A stretch of 64,000 bases of DNA, from the IMG/VR virus record IMGVR_UViG_3300027374_000001. One strand, written 5' to 3'. Position 1 is the first letter of the stretch, and each line of letters begins with the position of its first letter. The notes under the pieces are model-generated. The model was not told where the DNA came from and searched no databases. It saw only the letters and a program-made list of their open reading frames with translations. The translations under genes and the position numbers were made by a program. The DNA is from a virus. Its lineage: Duplodnaviria; Caudoviricetes. Shown here piece after piece: positions 27,635-38,276 of this stretch.

Positions 27635-30600
27635 TTAAATAAGTGACACGAACATACAAATCTCTTCACATATTGAATCCGGGACATTAGATATTATCTT
27701 TCTATCTAACTCTGGATTATTATATGCTATGATTTGAAATTCGGAAGATATAATTGTAGCAATCATTTGTAGTATTTCTTTATCAACCTTGTCTGATTTG
27801 TATTTGTTCTTGACATGATTATATAAAGGACAGCTTTCCAACTTCAATGATTCTTTCTTGTTAAGAGATTTTCTCTGCTGAAACTTTGTTATGTTGCTAC
27901 TTATAATATATGGTAATATAACCATACCATTAGTTAGCAGCTCGCGCGAGGCTGCCAACATTAATTTTACATAGTCTATCTTATTAATATCTTTTATGGA
28001 GATTGGGTCTCCAAAATACTTAAAGAAGAGATTAAAGATCAATTTCTTTTGAAAGCTATTTACTATTGAATCCCCGCCATTTTCTTCGAGACGTTCTATA
28101 TAATACTCTATCTCTTTTGGGTCAAACGGCCCATAGCGAATTTCAATTTCTCTCATCGTTTGCTCACGATTACACTTATTCTGCAGGTAAAGTGATTCGT
28201 TTTGCTTTACGATGAAACTTTCATAACGCCAGTCTTCACACCGATTCGCTACATCGATGCAGTTCTCTTATGAACTTCTATGGGTGTTACCCATAAGTGG
28301 AGACTATATCACCATCCATTATCTGTTAAGATATTGGGATGCTTGACTTTTCGATTTAAATGGTATTACGGTGAGTTACTCCTACCATACCGCTTGGCTC
28401 TACTCTACTCGCTTCGTCTACTTTAACACAACTAAAGTACCTTATTTTCAACCTAATTTAATAGATTTATAGCTTTCGATAGTCGTTGAACAGTAAATCA
28501 ATTTATAGCATTATCATAATCATACAGATTACAAATATTTTTATATGATTTCTTATCTCTTATCAATCCAATTGCCGCATTATAATTATCCATTTCATTT
28601 GAAGATAACTTTGTTACATCTATACCTAAATGAACTAATACTTCTCTATATGATTTCTTAGTTCCATGATTCTGAAAATATTTACATATAGTATGGATTT
28701 GTTCTGCTGTAAATTTCGATTTGGTTGCAGCATTACTGAAATCATAATTTTTGGATATATGGCTCCAGCAATGTCCATTTCTTATATTTTGCAAATCTCC
28801 TTTACGTAAATCAGTTCCGATAGCATTTATAATTTCGGCATTCGTTTTCCCACTCTCAATGAGTTCGCATATTCTAATTACTTGAGAATTTGTAAGCTTT
28901 GAGTTGCTTCTGCTTTCTCCTAATGCTACTAGATTATGATTTATTGTATGAATCATATTCCCTCTTGTATCTATCCATTCTAAATTCCATGCCCACGAGT
29001 GGCCCTTAATCCCGTCTTTATGGTTTACTTCCAAGGTGTAATCTCCGGTAGAATTCGGAACAAACACGTATGCAATTAACCTGTGTAACAGGAAACATTC
29101 GGCATGACCATCAATAAATGTCAATCTAATAGTAGTATAGTCATAATCTATACTTTGATTCTTTGGTAAAAAGGTTGCTGTTTTCTCATTAAAAATTCTT
29201 CCATAGTTACTGATTATATAATGCTGTTGCAATCCATAAATATACAAATATAGTCTTATCCATATTTCTGGATATATAGCTTGCTCTTGGCTTGGCATTA
29301 CCATGTTTTCACCCCCTTATAAAAGGGCTATAAATTGATAAACTTGCTGCTGATTGAACCTACCCGTTTAGTCAGATAAGGTAAGCCCGTCCCAGACTAA
29401 TCCTAAATTTGAAAAGTGTTTCCATAGTATATTCCTATACTAGGCGACCCTGGCTGAATCGAACTCTGAATTTTGCGGATTCTTCACACCGATTCGCTAC
29501 ATCGATGCAGTTCTCTTATGAACTTCTATAGGTGTTACCTATATGCCGAGACTATATCACTACCTGATAATGATATCAGGATACCCTCTTTTTCGCATTA
29601 AATGGGATTACGGCGACGATTACCAACCATGCCTCTTGGTGCTACGTAAAATAGTCGTTGAACGTTACTCAATATATTATATTAAGTCTTCGCTGCTGGG
29701 TAAACATTGTTAACGATACTTAGGACCATGTAAGTTTCCGAATTCTTACACAGCTTTTATTTCACCATATATCATCTCAGTACTTTTTTCTATCTTTCGA
29801 TGACTATCGCACTTATCATTTTCAGATTATGCTGTAGCGACTGAGCTCTTAGCCTTTTCCAGCAATGCTCTTATCGAGCTAAAAAGGGTTTTCATCACAC
29901 TATTACTAGTATGAGGGACACGCATTCCATCCTCGTCTCTTTTGCTGTTACTTAGGGGAACATAGGTATATTCGTATTTGATACCTAGCACTTGGAAATG
30001 AATTGTATTCTTGATGCTGCTGAAATCTAACGATATGATATTTTTATCATATGTATATTTCGGCATTATATTAAGAATGATATTAATCAATCCATCCATA
30101 GATACTGTAGTGGTATTCTTAGAACGAATATCCTGTATATCCCATAATACCTGATGAGATTTTCTATTTCTTACAATATTAGAATTAGAAGTCTCATATA
30201 GTTTTGCTTCAATATCGACATTTGTTAACTCCATTATGGACTCAAACACTTTAAGAAGAAATTGGTCAACGTCTTCTACATTACTTATAAATGCAAAATG
30301 AGTCGATAATGGTATTACCATATTCATCAATAGACTCATCCACATTAAAAGTTTAGCGTGTCTGTCCTCGTATTGTAGCGCTGGGTTTTTGTCGTTACGG
30401 TAATTTCTGTCATCAAGATCTAAAAGATAGTTATCTTCGTTCATCACAGCTGCTTTTGTTATTAATGACGGAGTTAATACATACCTTTTAAGATCCATGA
30501 TGAATGCGTCAACGCCATACGAATCTCCATAATAGTCCAATACAAATTTAAGTTTATAATAAGCTAATAGTAATTCTTTATCTGTATCGTAATATTTTAT

Positions 30601-30831
30601 GAAGTAATTTAAATATCTCGGCATGTGTTCACGCATGATATTACCGTTATAACATCGTTTCATAGAAAGCGAAAAGGCATTCAGATTAGTATCATCTAAA
30701 TTATAATATTCTGCTACTGGTAGTAGCATGAATCCTTTGCAACTTCTAAAAATGATGTCATCTTTGGTTGGTACCCATTCATCTACACGTGGAGGTTTAC
30801 TTATGTCTCCATAGTACATTCCTCGTATCAT
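27635..30831 (-). CDS. Probable sigma-like promoter-specificity subunit of the non-virion RNA polymerase (AR9 gp226/phiKZ gp68-like), spliced from 3 exons, ~504 aa
   Basis: Exons 30831-29929, 29475-29458 and 28228-27635 join in frame: ...SKRDED|QNSEFD|RYESFIVKQNESLYLQNK... The splice structure is well supported. The family call rests on size, context and recalled similarity and needs an HMM check. Confidence 0.6.
28229..29457 (-). mobile_element. Group I intron 2 (1229 nt) with homing endonuclease
   Basis: Exon ends in U and intron ends in G. Core elements AATCAGCAGCAAG, GTTCAACGACTA and GATATAGTC present. P1 pairing CGAU/GUCG. Confidence 0.85.
28498..29304 (-). CDS. Intron-encoded HNH homing endonuclease (I-HmuI-like)
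   Basis: YIISNYGRI, HRLIAYVFVPN and EVNHKDG...NLEW...NMIH motifs; C-terminal SKLT/SKFT helical DNA-binding repeats. Confidence 0.9.
   Translation of the reverse strand: MVMPSQEQAIYPEIWIRLYLYIYGLQQHYIISNYGRIFNEKTATFLPKNQSIDYDYTTIRLTFIDGHAECFLLHRLIAYVFVPNSTGDYTLEVNHKDGIKGHSWAWNLEWIDTRGNMIHTINHNLVALGESRSNSKLTNSQVIRICELIESGKTNAEIINAIGTDLRKGDLQNIRNGHCWSHISKNYDFSNAATKSKFTAEQIHTICKYFQNHGTKKSYREVLVHLGIDVTKLSSNEMDNYNAAIGLIRDKKSYKNICNLYDYDNAIN
29476..29928 (-). mobile_element. Group I intron 1 (453 nt, no ORF)
   Basis: Exon ends GAU and intron ends G. Core elements ATTGCTGGAA, CCAGCAGCGAAG, GTTCAACGACTA and GATATAGTC present. Confidence 0.85.
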
Positions 30832-30951
30832 GTTTTCTTATCCTTCCTTTTATTGATTTTTCTCTAGCGATACTTTCAAGTCATTTAAATTCTCCTTTCT
30901 ATATACTTATGCAGCTTATTACGATGTTTCAGGAAGGGTATTTTTGTATTT

Positions 30952-31485
30952 TTAGAATGTGCATTTATCTATTACCTCAAATATATTGCCGGACTTTATC
31001 ATTGCATCTATTGCCTTATCTGGTTCGGTAACACCACAATCTATTAATGCTTCACGCAGCTCAAAATAGTTTACTTCTTTCCGTTTATCGATTTTTGCAT
31101 CATAGTGGTCAATGAAATCAGCAATGCCATCTATTAATCCGTCGGTAATGCTGACCTTCTCCAATTCTTTTGCCAGTTTAGGATCGATAGAACTCCTCGG
31201 TATAATGAGATTTGGTCCCGACATTTGACTTGTTCCATACAGTAAACGACTAGAGGTCGATATGGAACACAAATGGCAAAGAGTTTCTGTTGAACTCGTA
31301 TTTGAGAATTCAGAATTCTTTGTCATGCCTTCATACATTTCACTGATAGCGTTTCCGGTTCCCATACCAAGTTCATAGCCATAGTTATAACTATCCTTTT
31401 CTGATGCATATATCATTCCTCTTACCAGACTACACGCATCATCATGTTTTGCTTCCTGAGTGTTTCTCTTAAAAATTCCTAACAT
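30952..31485 (-). CDS. Hypothetical protein (paralog of 31879..32277) with GMxY motif
   Basis: LVRGMIYASEKDSYNYGYELG and LIIPR shared with the paralog; AGGAG RBS. Confidence 0.6.
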   Translation of the reverse strand: MLGIFKRNTQEAKHDDACSLVRGMIYASEKDSYNYGYELGMGTGNAISEMYEGMTKNSEFSNTSSTETLCHLCSISTSSRLLYGTSQMSGPNLIIPRSSIDPKLAKELEKVSITDGLIDGIADFIDHYDAKIDKRKEVNYFELREALIDCGVTEPDKAIDAMIKSGNIFEVIDKCTF

Positions 31486-31498
31486 TTTGTTTCCTCCT

Positions 31499-31867
31499 TT
31501 AAAGTACATGATTTTTTCTTTGTAATTTATCCTCGCCTATAATATATAGGTTAGAACCATCCGTAACTCGTAATTTTACTAGCCGTAAACTTTCAACTAA
31601 AGAATCTAAGCTTCCCAAATAAGTTCCATATTCTATAAATATTTCCTTTATAGAATCGGCGATTTTTTCCCATTTATTATTGGCATACTCATTGTCAAAG
31701 TATACTCCTTTTAAACGGAATGTAGTTTTACGAGGAAAGAATATCCATTCTCCGGTATCGTATTCGCATCTTATGACAGAACCATTGTTGAGACGTATAA
31801 ATAGTTCTTCTATAATAATTTCTTTTTTATCATTCGAGCCGTGTGTGAATTCGCCTTCAAATATCAT
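31499..31867 (-). CDS. Hypothetical protein
   Basis: ORF with AGGAGG RBS within an operon. Confidence 0.55.
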   Translation of the reverse strand: MIFEGEFTHGSNDKKEIIIEELFIRLNNGSVIRCEYDTGEWIFFPRKTTFRLKGVYFDNEYANNKWEKIADSIKEIFIEYGTYLGSLDSLVESLRLVKLRVTDGSNLYIIGEDKLQRKNHVL

Positions 31868-31878
31868 TGGTTTCCTCC

Positions 31879-32277
31879 TTATTTCTTAATAACTTTATCT
31901 TTTTTCAACGAATCTACTATTTCATCGAGTAATCCTCTAGAAATATCTGCGAATTTTTTCAGATCATAGTCTAGATCTGCATTAAGATATTCCCGGGGGA
32001 TTAATAATACCTCGCCCATAGTATCACTCTTAGTAATACTACTTATAGCATCGGCATACATAAGCTTTAGAAATGTCTCTTCTGTAAACGAGTCAGATTC
32101 TAATATAGCTTTCATTGAAGAGCTATTCTCTGATGCCCTACCCAATACCTGCTTTCCTAACTCTCTGCCTTCACAATACGTCTTGACCTCATCAGAATAT
32201 ATCATTCCTCTTATCAAATCATTCTGTTGCACATAATAATCAGTTGGCGCTCTCATCATAATTGGTGATATAAACAT
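31879..32277 (-). CDS. Hypothetical protein with GMxY motif
   Basis: LIRGMIYSDEVKTYCEGRELG; AGGAGG RBS; early-type motif at 32311. Confidence 0.6.
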   Translation of the reverse strand: MFISPIMMRAPTDYYVQQNDLIRGMIYSDEVKTYCEGRELGKQVLGRASENSSSMKAILESDSFTEETFLKLMYADAISSITKSDTMGEVLLIPREYLNADLDYDLKKFADISRGLLDEIVDSLKKDKVIKK

Positions 32278-32355
32278 AAAATTATCCTCCTTTGTATTAA
32301 TGTCAAAAGTATAATATATTATCAAAAGAAAAAATAAAAAGAGCAGTAAAATTAA

Positions 32356-32904
32356 CTATTGCTCTGTTCTATATTGTTCTATCCTTTTATCATATTCTTC
32401 TAAATATGGTGTATTGATATAATCCCTTAAATCATAGTAATCTGAAAAGTATATTAGATATTTTTTAGCTGGGCCATATCCTATATTATATGCGGTAATG
32501 TAATCGTCATAGCTTTCTGTATGTTCATGCGCATTATATTCCATGTTTAACGCACTGTAATAATGCATAAAAAGATCCTTTAACTCATCATCTTCAAATG
32601 TTACTCCGCAGTATTTATCTATAAATTTCATTTCCATCCGAGACGATTCTGTATAAGTGACAGATATATCATGAGCTTCTGAAAATTCTTCTATATCCCA
32701 TCTAGCTTGTAAACCATTCGCTAATGATTCCATAAACTCTTGGGTGGATATTCGTTGAGTTCTCTCTTTCATTTCTTTATCGTCTGTTGTTATAATTAAA
32801 AAACCAAGTGCGGAAATTATAACAACCCATAAAATTATGGAAAGCGCAGTTTTAGCTTTATCACTTAAATTATTCATATTACCATTTATTAATTTATCAA
32901 TCAT
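32356..32904 (-). CDS. Membrane-anchored hypothetical protein
   Basis: Single N-terminal TM helix followed by a helical domain. Confidence 0.55.
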   Translation of the reverse strand: MIDKLINGNMNNLSDKAKTALSIILWVVIISALGFLIITTDDKEMKERTQRISTQEFMESLANGLQARWDIEEFSEAHDISVTYTESSRMEMKFIDKYCGVTFEDDELKDLFMHYYSALNMEYNAHEHTESYDDYITAYNIGYGPAKKYLIYFSDYYDLRDYINTPYLEEYDKRIEQYRTEQ

Positions 32905-32954
32905 TTTGAACAACCCTTTCCTTAGCACACTATTAGACCATAATATTTTAAGAA

Positions 32955-33722
32955 TCAAATCCTTTTAACTTTCTTAGTTTTACCAGTAATGCGTGTTTTA
33001 CTAGTTGTATTGATATTTCCCATTCGTTTAGATTTTTTCACCATAAATGGAGTTTCTTTAGCGGCAGCATCTTTAGCTACTTTTTTAAGATATGCATCTG
33101 CTGCTTTTTTATCAGCAGATTTCTTTTTCTGAGCTTCTTGTCTTTGCTCTATTTTAGTATCAGCCGGGGTTATCTCTTTCATCATTCTTTTGAAATCTAT
33201 ATCCCTAGTCATACCCCATTTTAATTTATTAAAAAGGCCAAGCTTTTTAGTCATAATATAAGCAAAATATAGACTCTTTACATATCCTACTTGATTACTA
33301 GGGTTTTTTTCTTCTGCTACTTTCTTAATGGCTTCTGGACTCATTACTGGCTTAAGCTCTTTAATAAACATATCATTTTTGATAAAAGCATGAGCAAATG
33401 TATACACAAACGATGGGTCATTAGAATAAAATCTAACAGTATAATTTTCTAAAGTATTATCTGTTAATTTTTTATCTTTTGGAGGGGTAAACTCTATTAC
33501 TACGTCGTAATAGAATTTTTCGATAACTTCGGATGGTACTTTAAAATGAATGTAAAACTTATTTTTTCCTTTATATAACGTATGCCCCATATGCCCCATT
33601 TCTCTAACCATTATATTATTAAATTTGGCATAATATAAATCTCTATACATTGCTCTATTACTTATAACAGCATTAGCTATTCCCATTGGGTTCTGTATGT
33701 ATTGATCAAATGTCATTTCCAT
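32955..33722 (-). CDS. Hypothetical jumbo-phage protein with basic C-terminal tail
   Basis: 255 aa, GGAGG RBS, lysine-rich C-terminus. Confidence 0.6.
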   Translation of the reverse strand: MEMTFDQYIQNPMGIANAVISNRAMYRDLYYAKFNNIMVREMGHMGHTLYKGKNKFYIHFKVPSEVIEKFYYDVVIEFTPPKDKKLTDNTLENYTVRFYSNDPSFVYTFAHAFIKNDMFIKELKPVMSPEAIKKVAEEKNPSNQVGYVKSLYFAYIMTKKLGLFNKLKWGMTRDIDFKRMMKEITPADTKIEQRQEAQKKKSADKKAADAYLKKVAKDAAAKETPFMVKKSKRMGNINTTSKTRITGKTKKVKRI

Positions 33723-33810
33723 AAGATTATACCTCCTCTTATTTCAATGTAAAATAGATGAGAAAAAATAAATTTAGGCACTAGGAATTACTCCTAGTGC
33801 CCATGCTGTA

Positions 33811-34254
33811 TTATTTTGCAACTTCCTCGTCATTTTCTGCTTCAGGAGTTTCTTCCGGGTCTGGGTTTGAAACTGGATGATCATACGCCGGGGTGTAGGT
33901 ATACTCGCTATGACTAGCTGGTTCTACTGCTGGTTCAGTTTCCAATTCTGTTTCTGTTCCAGGAACTTCAGAACCACTACCAGACACGTCGGTATCTCGA
34001 TCTCCCTCTGCAGCTTCTTCGTAAAATTCTAATTCTTTAAAGGTCTCTGTATTGATAGGAAGTTCTTCTGCTTTTTCTCCTTCCATCATAAATACATCAC
34101 CGAAATTCATGCAACGCATGATCTCCATTTTTGTAAGTTCTACATCTTTCGGTTCTCCTTCTATAAACTGATTATACGGAAGAATAGCCGGAATAGATTT
34201 AAGATCTTTAGGAACAACTCTAACCTTATATAACTTAGCTATTACACTTGCCAT
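33811..34254 (-). CDS. Late-expressed protein with acidic tail (paralog of 11387..12049)
   Basis: AACA-N6-TAA promoter at 34292..34303 and a downstream terminator. Confidence 0.6.
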   Translation of the reverse strand: MASVIAKLYKVRVVPKDLKSIPAILPYNQFIEGEPKDVELTKMEIMRCMNFGDVFMMEGEKAEELPINTETFKELEFYEEAAEGDRDTDVSGSGSEVPGTETELETEPAVEPASHSEYTYTPAYDHPVSNPDPEETPEAENDEEVAK

Positions 34255-34311
34255 TTTTCTTTTTTCCTTTCGTTTTATTAGTTTAGAACTTTACATAAAT
34301 GTTTTTAGAAG

Positions 34312-34998
34312 TCATTCCTCTTCAAAATCATCATAATACATACCAAGTATTAAAGGATGAACCGTATTTTCTTGTAACGAAATTTGAGTGTAATTAAATT
34401 TAAAATAATCAAATCTTGTTCTCAACGCCTTATATTCCTCTTCAGTATACATTCCAGAAAAACAAGTATCTCCGTTGGGTTTAATAGCTTCTATAACAGC
34501 ATATGCCAAATCAGGTACTTCATTATTAAATGAACCTTTACTTCCTATACCCCTCACACCTTCAAACCCAGCGTATTGATACGAATCCAACCCATAAGCT
34601 TGGGATATCAGAAACAATACATTAGGATCTACATTTTTACAAAAACTCATATTTACATCTAAATTAGCTTTCCCTTGACCAATATTGTAGCAGCACATTA
34701 TATCTTCAAAATTAGCATTAAAGTTGGTTTTCAAATCCTCATTAAACACTACTGAGAAATCGTCATAGTTATGCCCCATACTTTTGTATTTATTCCACAG
34801 ATTATCTTTTTCTGTGGAGTAATATGATACAAAATCAATCCCAGCCCTCTTTAACAAGAATTCTAAATTTGGATCGTTGTTTATATTGATAATACTATCT
34901 CCAACTTCAATAGAATTTTGAATGTCGTCTAACAATTTTTGTATATTATCTTCGGGTCCTTGAAAACTCACATCACAAGTAAATTCTGGTGCTATCAT
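34312..34998 (-). CDS. Divergent YubB/DUF1281-like ferredoxin-fold protein
   Basis: Paralog of 35012..35752 (NIQKLLDDIQ vs NVQRLYDDIQ; shared ILGMYY). Confidence 0.5.
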   Translation of the reverse strand: MIAPEFTCDVSFQGPEDNIQKLLDDIQNSIEVGDSIININNDPNLEFLLKRAGIDFVSYYSTEKDNLWNKYKSMGHNYDDFSVVFNEDLKTNFNANFEDIMCCYNIGQGKANLDVNMSFCKNVDPNVLFLISQAYGLDSYQYAGFEGVRGIGSKGSFNNEVPDLAYAVIEAIKPNGDTCFSGMYTEEEYKALRTRFDYFKFNYTQISLQENTVHPLILGMYYDDFEEE

Positions 34999-35011
34999 AG
35001 TAACATCTCCT

Positions 35012-35752
35012 TTATTTTATTTCTATATCATAAACCATCCCTGGTATGCAATTAATGTCTTCATAATACATTCCAAGTATACAAGGTATTTGATCTGGTC
35101 CTATTGGTATTATACTTGTCCATAGTTCTTCATTATCCGAGTTGGCTTGTCTAAACTGTTTTTCTGCATTTTCTACATCTGCTCTGTTATTAAAACGCTG
35201 TTCGACCGACTTGTATTCATAGTTATTTCCTTCTTTCCATTCTGTATAACCGCTAAGAATAAATTGTTCTTCTGGAAGTGGGAGAAAACCATAAGCTCCC
35301 TTTGATGCGAACCCGCACCCCGGCTCAAAAGAAACATATTCATATATGGCTTCATATTTCTTAGATATTAAAAGTAACAGTGCAGGGTCAAGGTCCCAAG
35401 CAGACTCCAGTTGAACTTCAATTCCCATCATGCCATATTCATCGTAAATGACATCGCAATCAATAAAATATGCTCTTAAATTTGTCTGCCTTAAATAGGT
35501 TGCGAAATTTAAATCTTCATCTGTGATGTCTTTGTTTTTATCTTTAATAAGTTTAGCGTTGCGCTCATTTTCAGTACTAAGATAGGCACTAGGCGAAAAT
35601 CCGGTCTTTTCAAGGAAATACCACATATTGACAGTATTCCAAATTCTTTTATTACGATCATATTGTAATGCCGATTGAATATCATCATACAATCGCTGTA
35701 CATTTTGTTTTGCGCCATAAAATCTAATCTTTCCACAGCACCAATTTGGCAT
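35012..35752 (-). CDS. YubB/DUF1281-like ferredoxin-fold protein
   Basis: MPNWC start, ESAW and FEPGCGF motifs; two C-terminal GMxY motifs. Confidence 0.6.
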   Translation of the reverse strand: MPNWCCGKIRFYGAKQNVQRLYDDIQSALQYDRNKRIWNTVNMWYFLEKTGFSPSAYLSTENERNAKLIKDKNKDITDEDLNFATYLRQTNLRAYFIDCDVIYDEYGMMGIEVQLESAWDLDPALLLLISKKYEAIYEYVSFEPGCGFASKGAYGFLPLPEEQFILSGYTEWKEGNNYEYKSVEQRFNNRADVENAEKQFRQANSDNEELWTSIIPIGPDQIPCILGMYYEDINCIPGMVYDIEIK

Positions 35753-35811
35753 TTTTATTCCTCCTTAAAAAATAATGGGATGTCAAGAATCTGGCATCCC
35801 TATACTTTAAT

Positions 35812-37551
35812 TTAGTTACCGTCTTCGTCTCTATAGACATTTTGATTTGCCGATGGGAGTAGACACTGATTTGCTGTAACCATGATAGTTATAACTTTAC
35901 TTATAGCTTCAAGAATAGCTATATCTGTCATCGCGGAAGTTAACACTTTTCCATCATACCTCATAGTTGCAAGGTTAAGAGGCATATATTTGTCTTGTGT
36001 TGTCCCGCAATAATCATGTGCCTCGTCCTCATCTACACAGGTTTTATAAAGATTTGTTATCGTTTCCTTATATGCTTCATAGATAATATTCTCTATATTT
36101 CTTTCTAACCGATGTTCTTTCTCATCAAACTTTTTCACTTCAATAATGGATCGTAATCCTTCGACATTAGCACCGTAACCTACGCCATCTTTCATTGCGG
36201 ATCTACAGTTGAGAACGGCATCTTCGACGGAAGCTCTTAATGAATCTCTATCTGTTACTGTTACTCCTCCGATAAAATACTCTACGAAGTTAACTTGAAG
36301 AGAATTAAGTCTCCTCTTAAGGTTACCAGTAACATTAGCATCTTCCATGTTATCCTGAGCATTCTTTAATTCCTTTTTACAGAAATTAATCAATCCCTTA
36401 TATACAGAAGAATAAACTTCCTTTCCGTTTTCGTCGGTTTCAAACATTTTCCCTGGCCTGATAAAGCTTGAATTAGAGATATCGGAAACAAATTCTTCTG
36501 CGGTTCCACAGAATTTATATACATTTTCTATGGTGGCAGCTTTTCCTTCCTCTACATCTCTCTTATATATATCTGGATTAATATACTTTCCGATTTCTGG
36601 AATACCGCATAATGTAACAATATCATCTAATTGAAATTGTACAGTGTTTGATTGAGCCACAATACAAAGCGGCGGCTTTGGAATTTTATTCTCATCAGCA
36701 CTGTACATCATCAACTCAATATCCTTGAGCCATTGCTGAATGTCTCGTGTAACACTTGGCACCAGAATAACTGTAGGAACATAGGAATCATAATCTCCAT
36801 TCATCATTGGCTGCTGAATGTTATAGTATATGATTGCCTTGAAAAGCTCTACCATATTTTCATCATCAATATTATCTTTGAATGAATAGATGCGCGGTTT
36901 ATGAATCTTGCATTTACCATCCGGGGTGTTGATAAACGCCGGAGAAGCAAACCCTTTACCAAGAGTTAAACCATCGTACTCTTTTAGACGATGATGTTCA
37001 TCCATAGATGCTGCTACGTCAATGAAAACTCCTCTTCCGAACTTTTGATAGATCTGAGTAATCGCATTGGAAACATCTTCATTCCCATTTGTAGAAGTCA
37101 TGCATATATCATAGATGTCATCAATAGTACATTCTCTTGTATTAGTTTTAATCTTTTCAATCATGCTATTAACAACCTTTTGAAACAGGCGTATAAGCAG
37201 ATACGGTCTAGCGTGATTTTCTTTTTCAATATCACACAGTCCTTTAAATATATTGTAAGCCAGGATAACTGCCGAAGTGGTTCCGTCTCCTACGGACTTT
37301 ACAATGTATCTGGTGATCTCCTTCATCTCTTTCTGAATACCCGCTTCAATAGGTCGATAAAACTGAATATCTGATATTACATCGTGTCCATCCTTAGTAT
37401 ACGTATTAGCGTACCCCTGCTTAAGTATCTGGGTATTAGAACCATAAGGACCCGCAGTTTGAGAAACAGCATCGGCAAGTACCTGAAGTGTATCTAATTG
37501 CACCTCTCTTAATTTATTTTTTGAAACAATATTAGTATATCTCATATCCAT
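35812..37551 (-). CDS. groEL: Phage chaperonin (GroEL/Cpn60-like)
   Basis: TAGPYG, TKDG, VGDGTTSAV, EDAVL and DGVGYG motifs. Confidence 0.93.
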   Translation of the reverse strand: MDMRYTNIVSKNKLREVQLDTLQVLADAVSQTAGPYGSNTQILKQGYANTYTKDGHDVISDIQFYRPIEAGIQKEMKEITRYIVKSVGDGTTSAVILAYNIFKGLCDIEKENHARPYLLIRLFQKVVNSMIEKIKTNTRECTIDDIYDICMTSTNGNEDVSNAITQIYQKFGRGVFIDVAASMDEHHRLKEYDGLTLGKGFASPAFINTPDGKCKIHKPRIYSFKDNIDDENMVELFKAIIYYNIQQPMMNGDYDSYVPTVILVPSVTRDIQQWLKDIELMMYSADENKIPKPPLCIVAQSNTVQFQLDDIVTLCGIPEIGKYINPDIYKRDVEEGKAATIENVYKFCGTAEEFVSDISNSSFIRPGKMFETDENGKEVYSSVYKGLINFCKKELKNAQDNMEDANVTGNLKRRLNSLQVNFVEYFIGGVTVTDRDSLRASVEDAVLNCRSAMKDGVGYGANVEGLRSIIEVKKFDEKEHRLERNIENIIYEAYKETITNLYKTCVDEDEAHDYCGTTQDKYMPLNLATMRYDGKVLTSAMTDIAILEAISKVITIMVTANQCLLPSANQNVYRDEDGN

Positions 37552-37564
37552 TTTGTTTTCCTCC

Positions 37565-38215
37565 TTAATACATTGATATCGTATATACTACGCAGCCTAA
37601 TTTTTCAAATTCCATCATATATTCTAATGGTATTACTCTCTTTCCATTGTCATCTTGTATGACGTTAAAATCATAGTCTGCTACATATATTTTTTTCATG
37701 GTTATGTTTTCATCTGAAAATCTTCTTAAAACATTTTCATCTAAAACTTTAACGAATATAGTATCAAACTCATTAAGATTTATACTTTTATTGTGTTCTC
37801 TAGGAATAATTATCTTAGACGATGATAGAATTTTTGAGTCTCTGGTTAAGTTTTCTAAGACATCATTTTCTTTGTCTTTATCGTATCCAATTACAAATTG
37901 AACTTCTCCAGATAGTCCACTTATAATAGCAGTGGAGACTATATTAAGTATTGGTCCATGAAATGGTGACAGGCTAATAATCATATCCCCATGGTTATTC
38001 ATTAGCCACGGATATGAATCTGAGGTTAAACCATTTAATTTTACTATTGGATACTGTATAATAAATTCCTCAATTGGGCATGGGTTTTGTCTTTTGTTAA
38101 GAATGGAATTTATTCTATTCACGTCTACTGCTTGATTAGAAGCTATGGTTAACATACGGCATAATCCATGGTCTAAATCTAAGAGCATATTAGAAGGTAT
38201 ATATATTTTTTCCAT
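37565..38215 (-). CDS. Hypothetical protein
   Basis: ORF with GGAGG RBS, in an operon with the chaperonin. Confidence 0.55.
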   Translation of the reverse strand: MEKIYIPSNMLLDLDHGLCRMLTIASNQAVDVNRINSILNKRQNPCPIEEFIIQYPIVKLNGLTSDSYPWLMNNHGDMIISLSPFHGPILNIVSTAIISGLSGEVQFVIGYDKDKENDVLENLTRDSKILSSSKIIIPREHNKSINLNEFDTIFVKVLDENVLRRFSDENITMKKIYVADYDFNVIQDDNGKRVIPLEYMMEFEKLGCVVYTISMY

Positions 38216-38276
38216 TTTTCCTCCAAAAAATTTTAAGGAGTGCAAGATAAACCTGCACCCCTATGATTGATATCAT

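Noticed and set aside
29827-29928. C-terminal 33 aa of the 334-aa ORF
   Set aside because: Read-through into intron 1, not real protein sequence after splicing.
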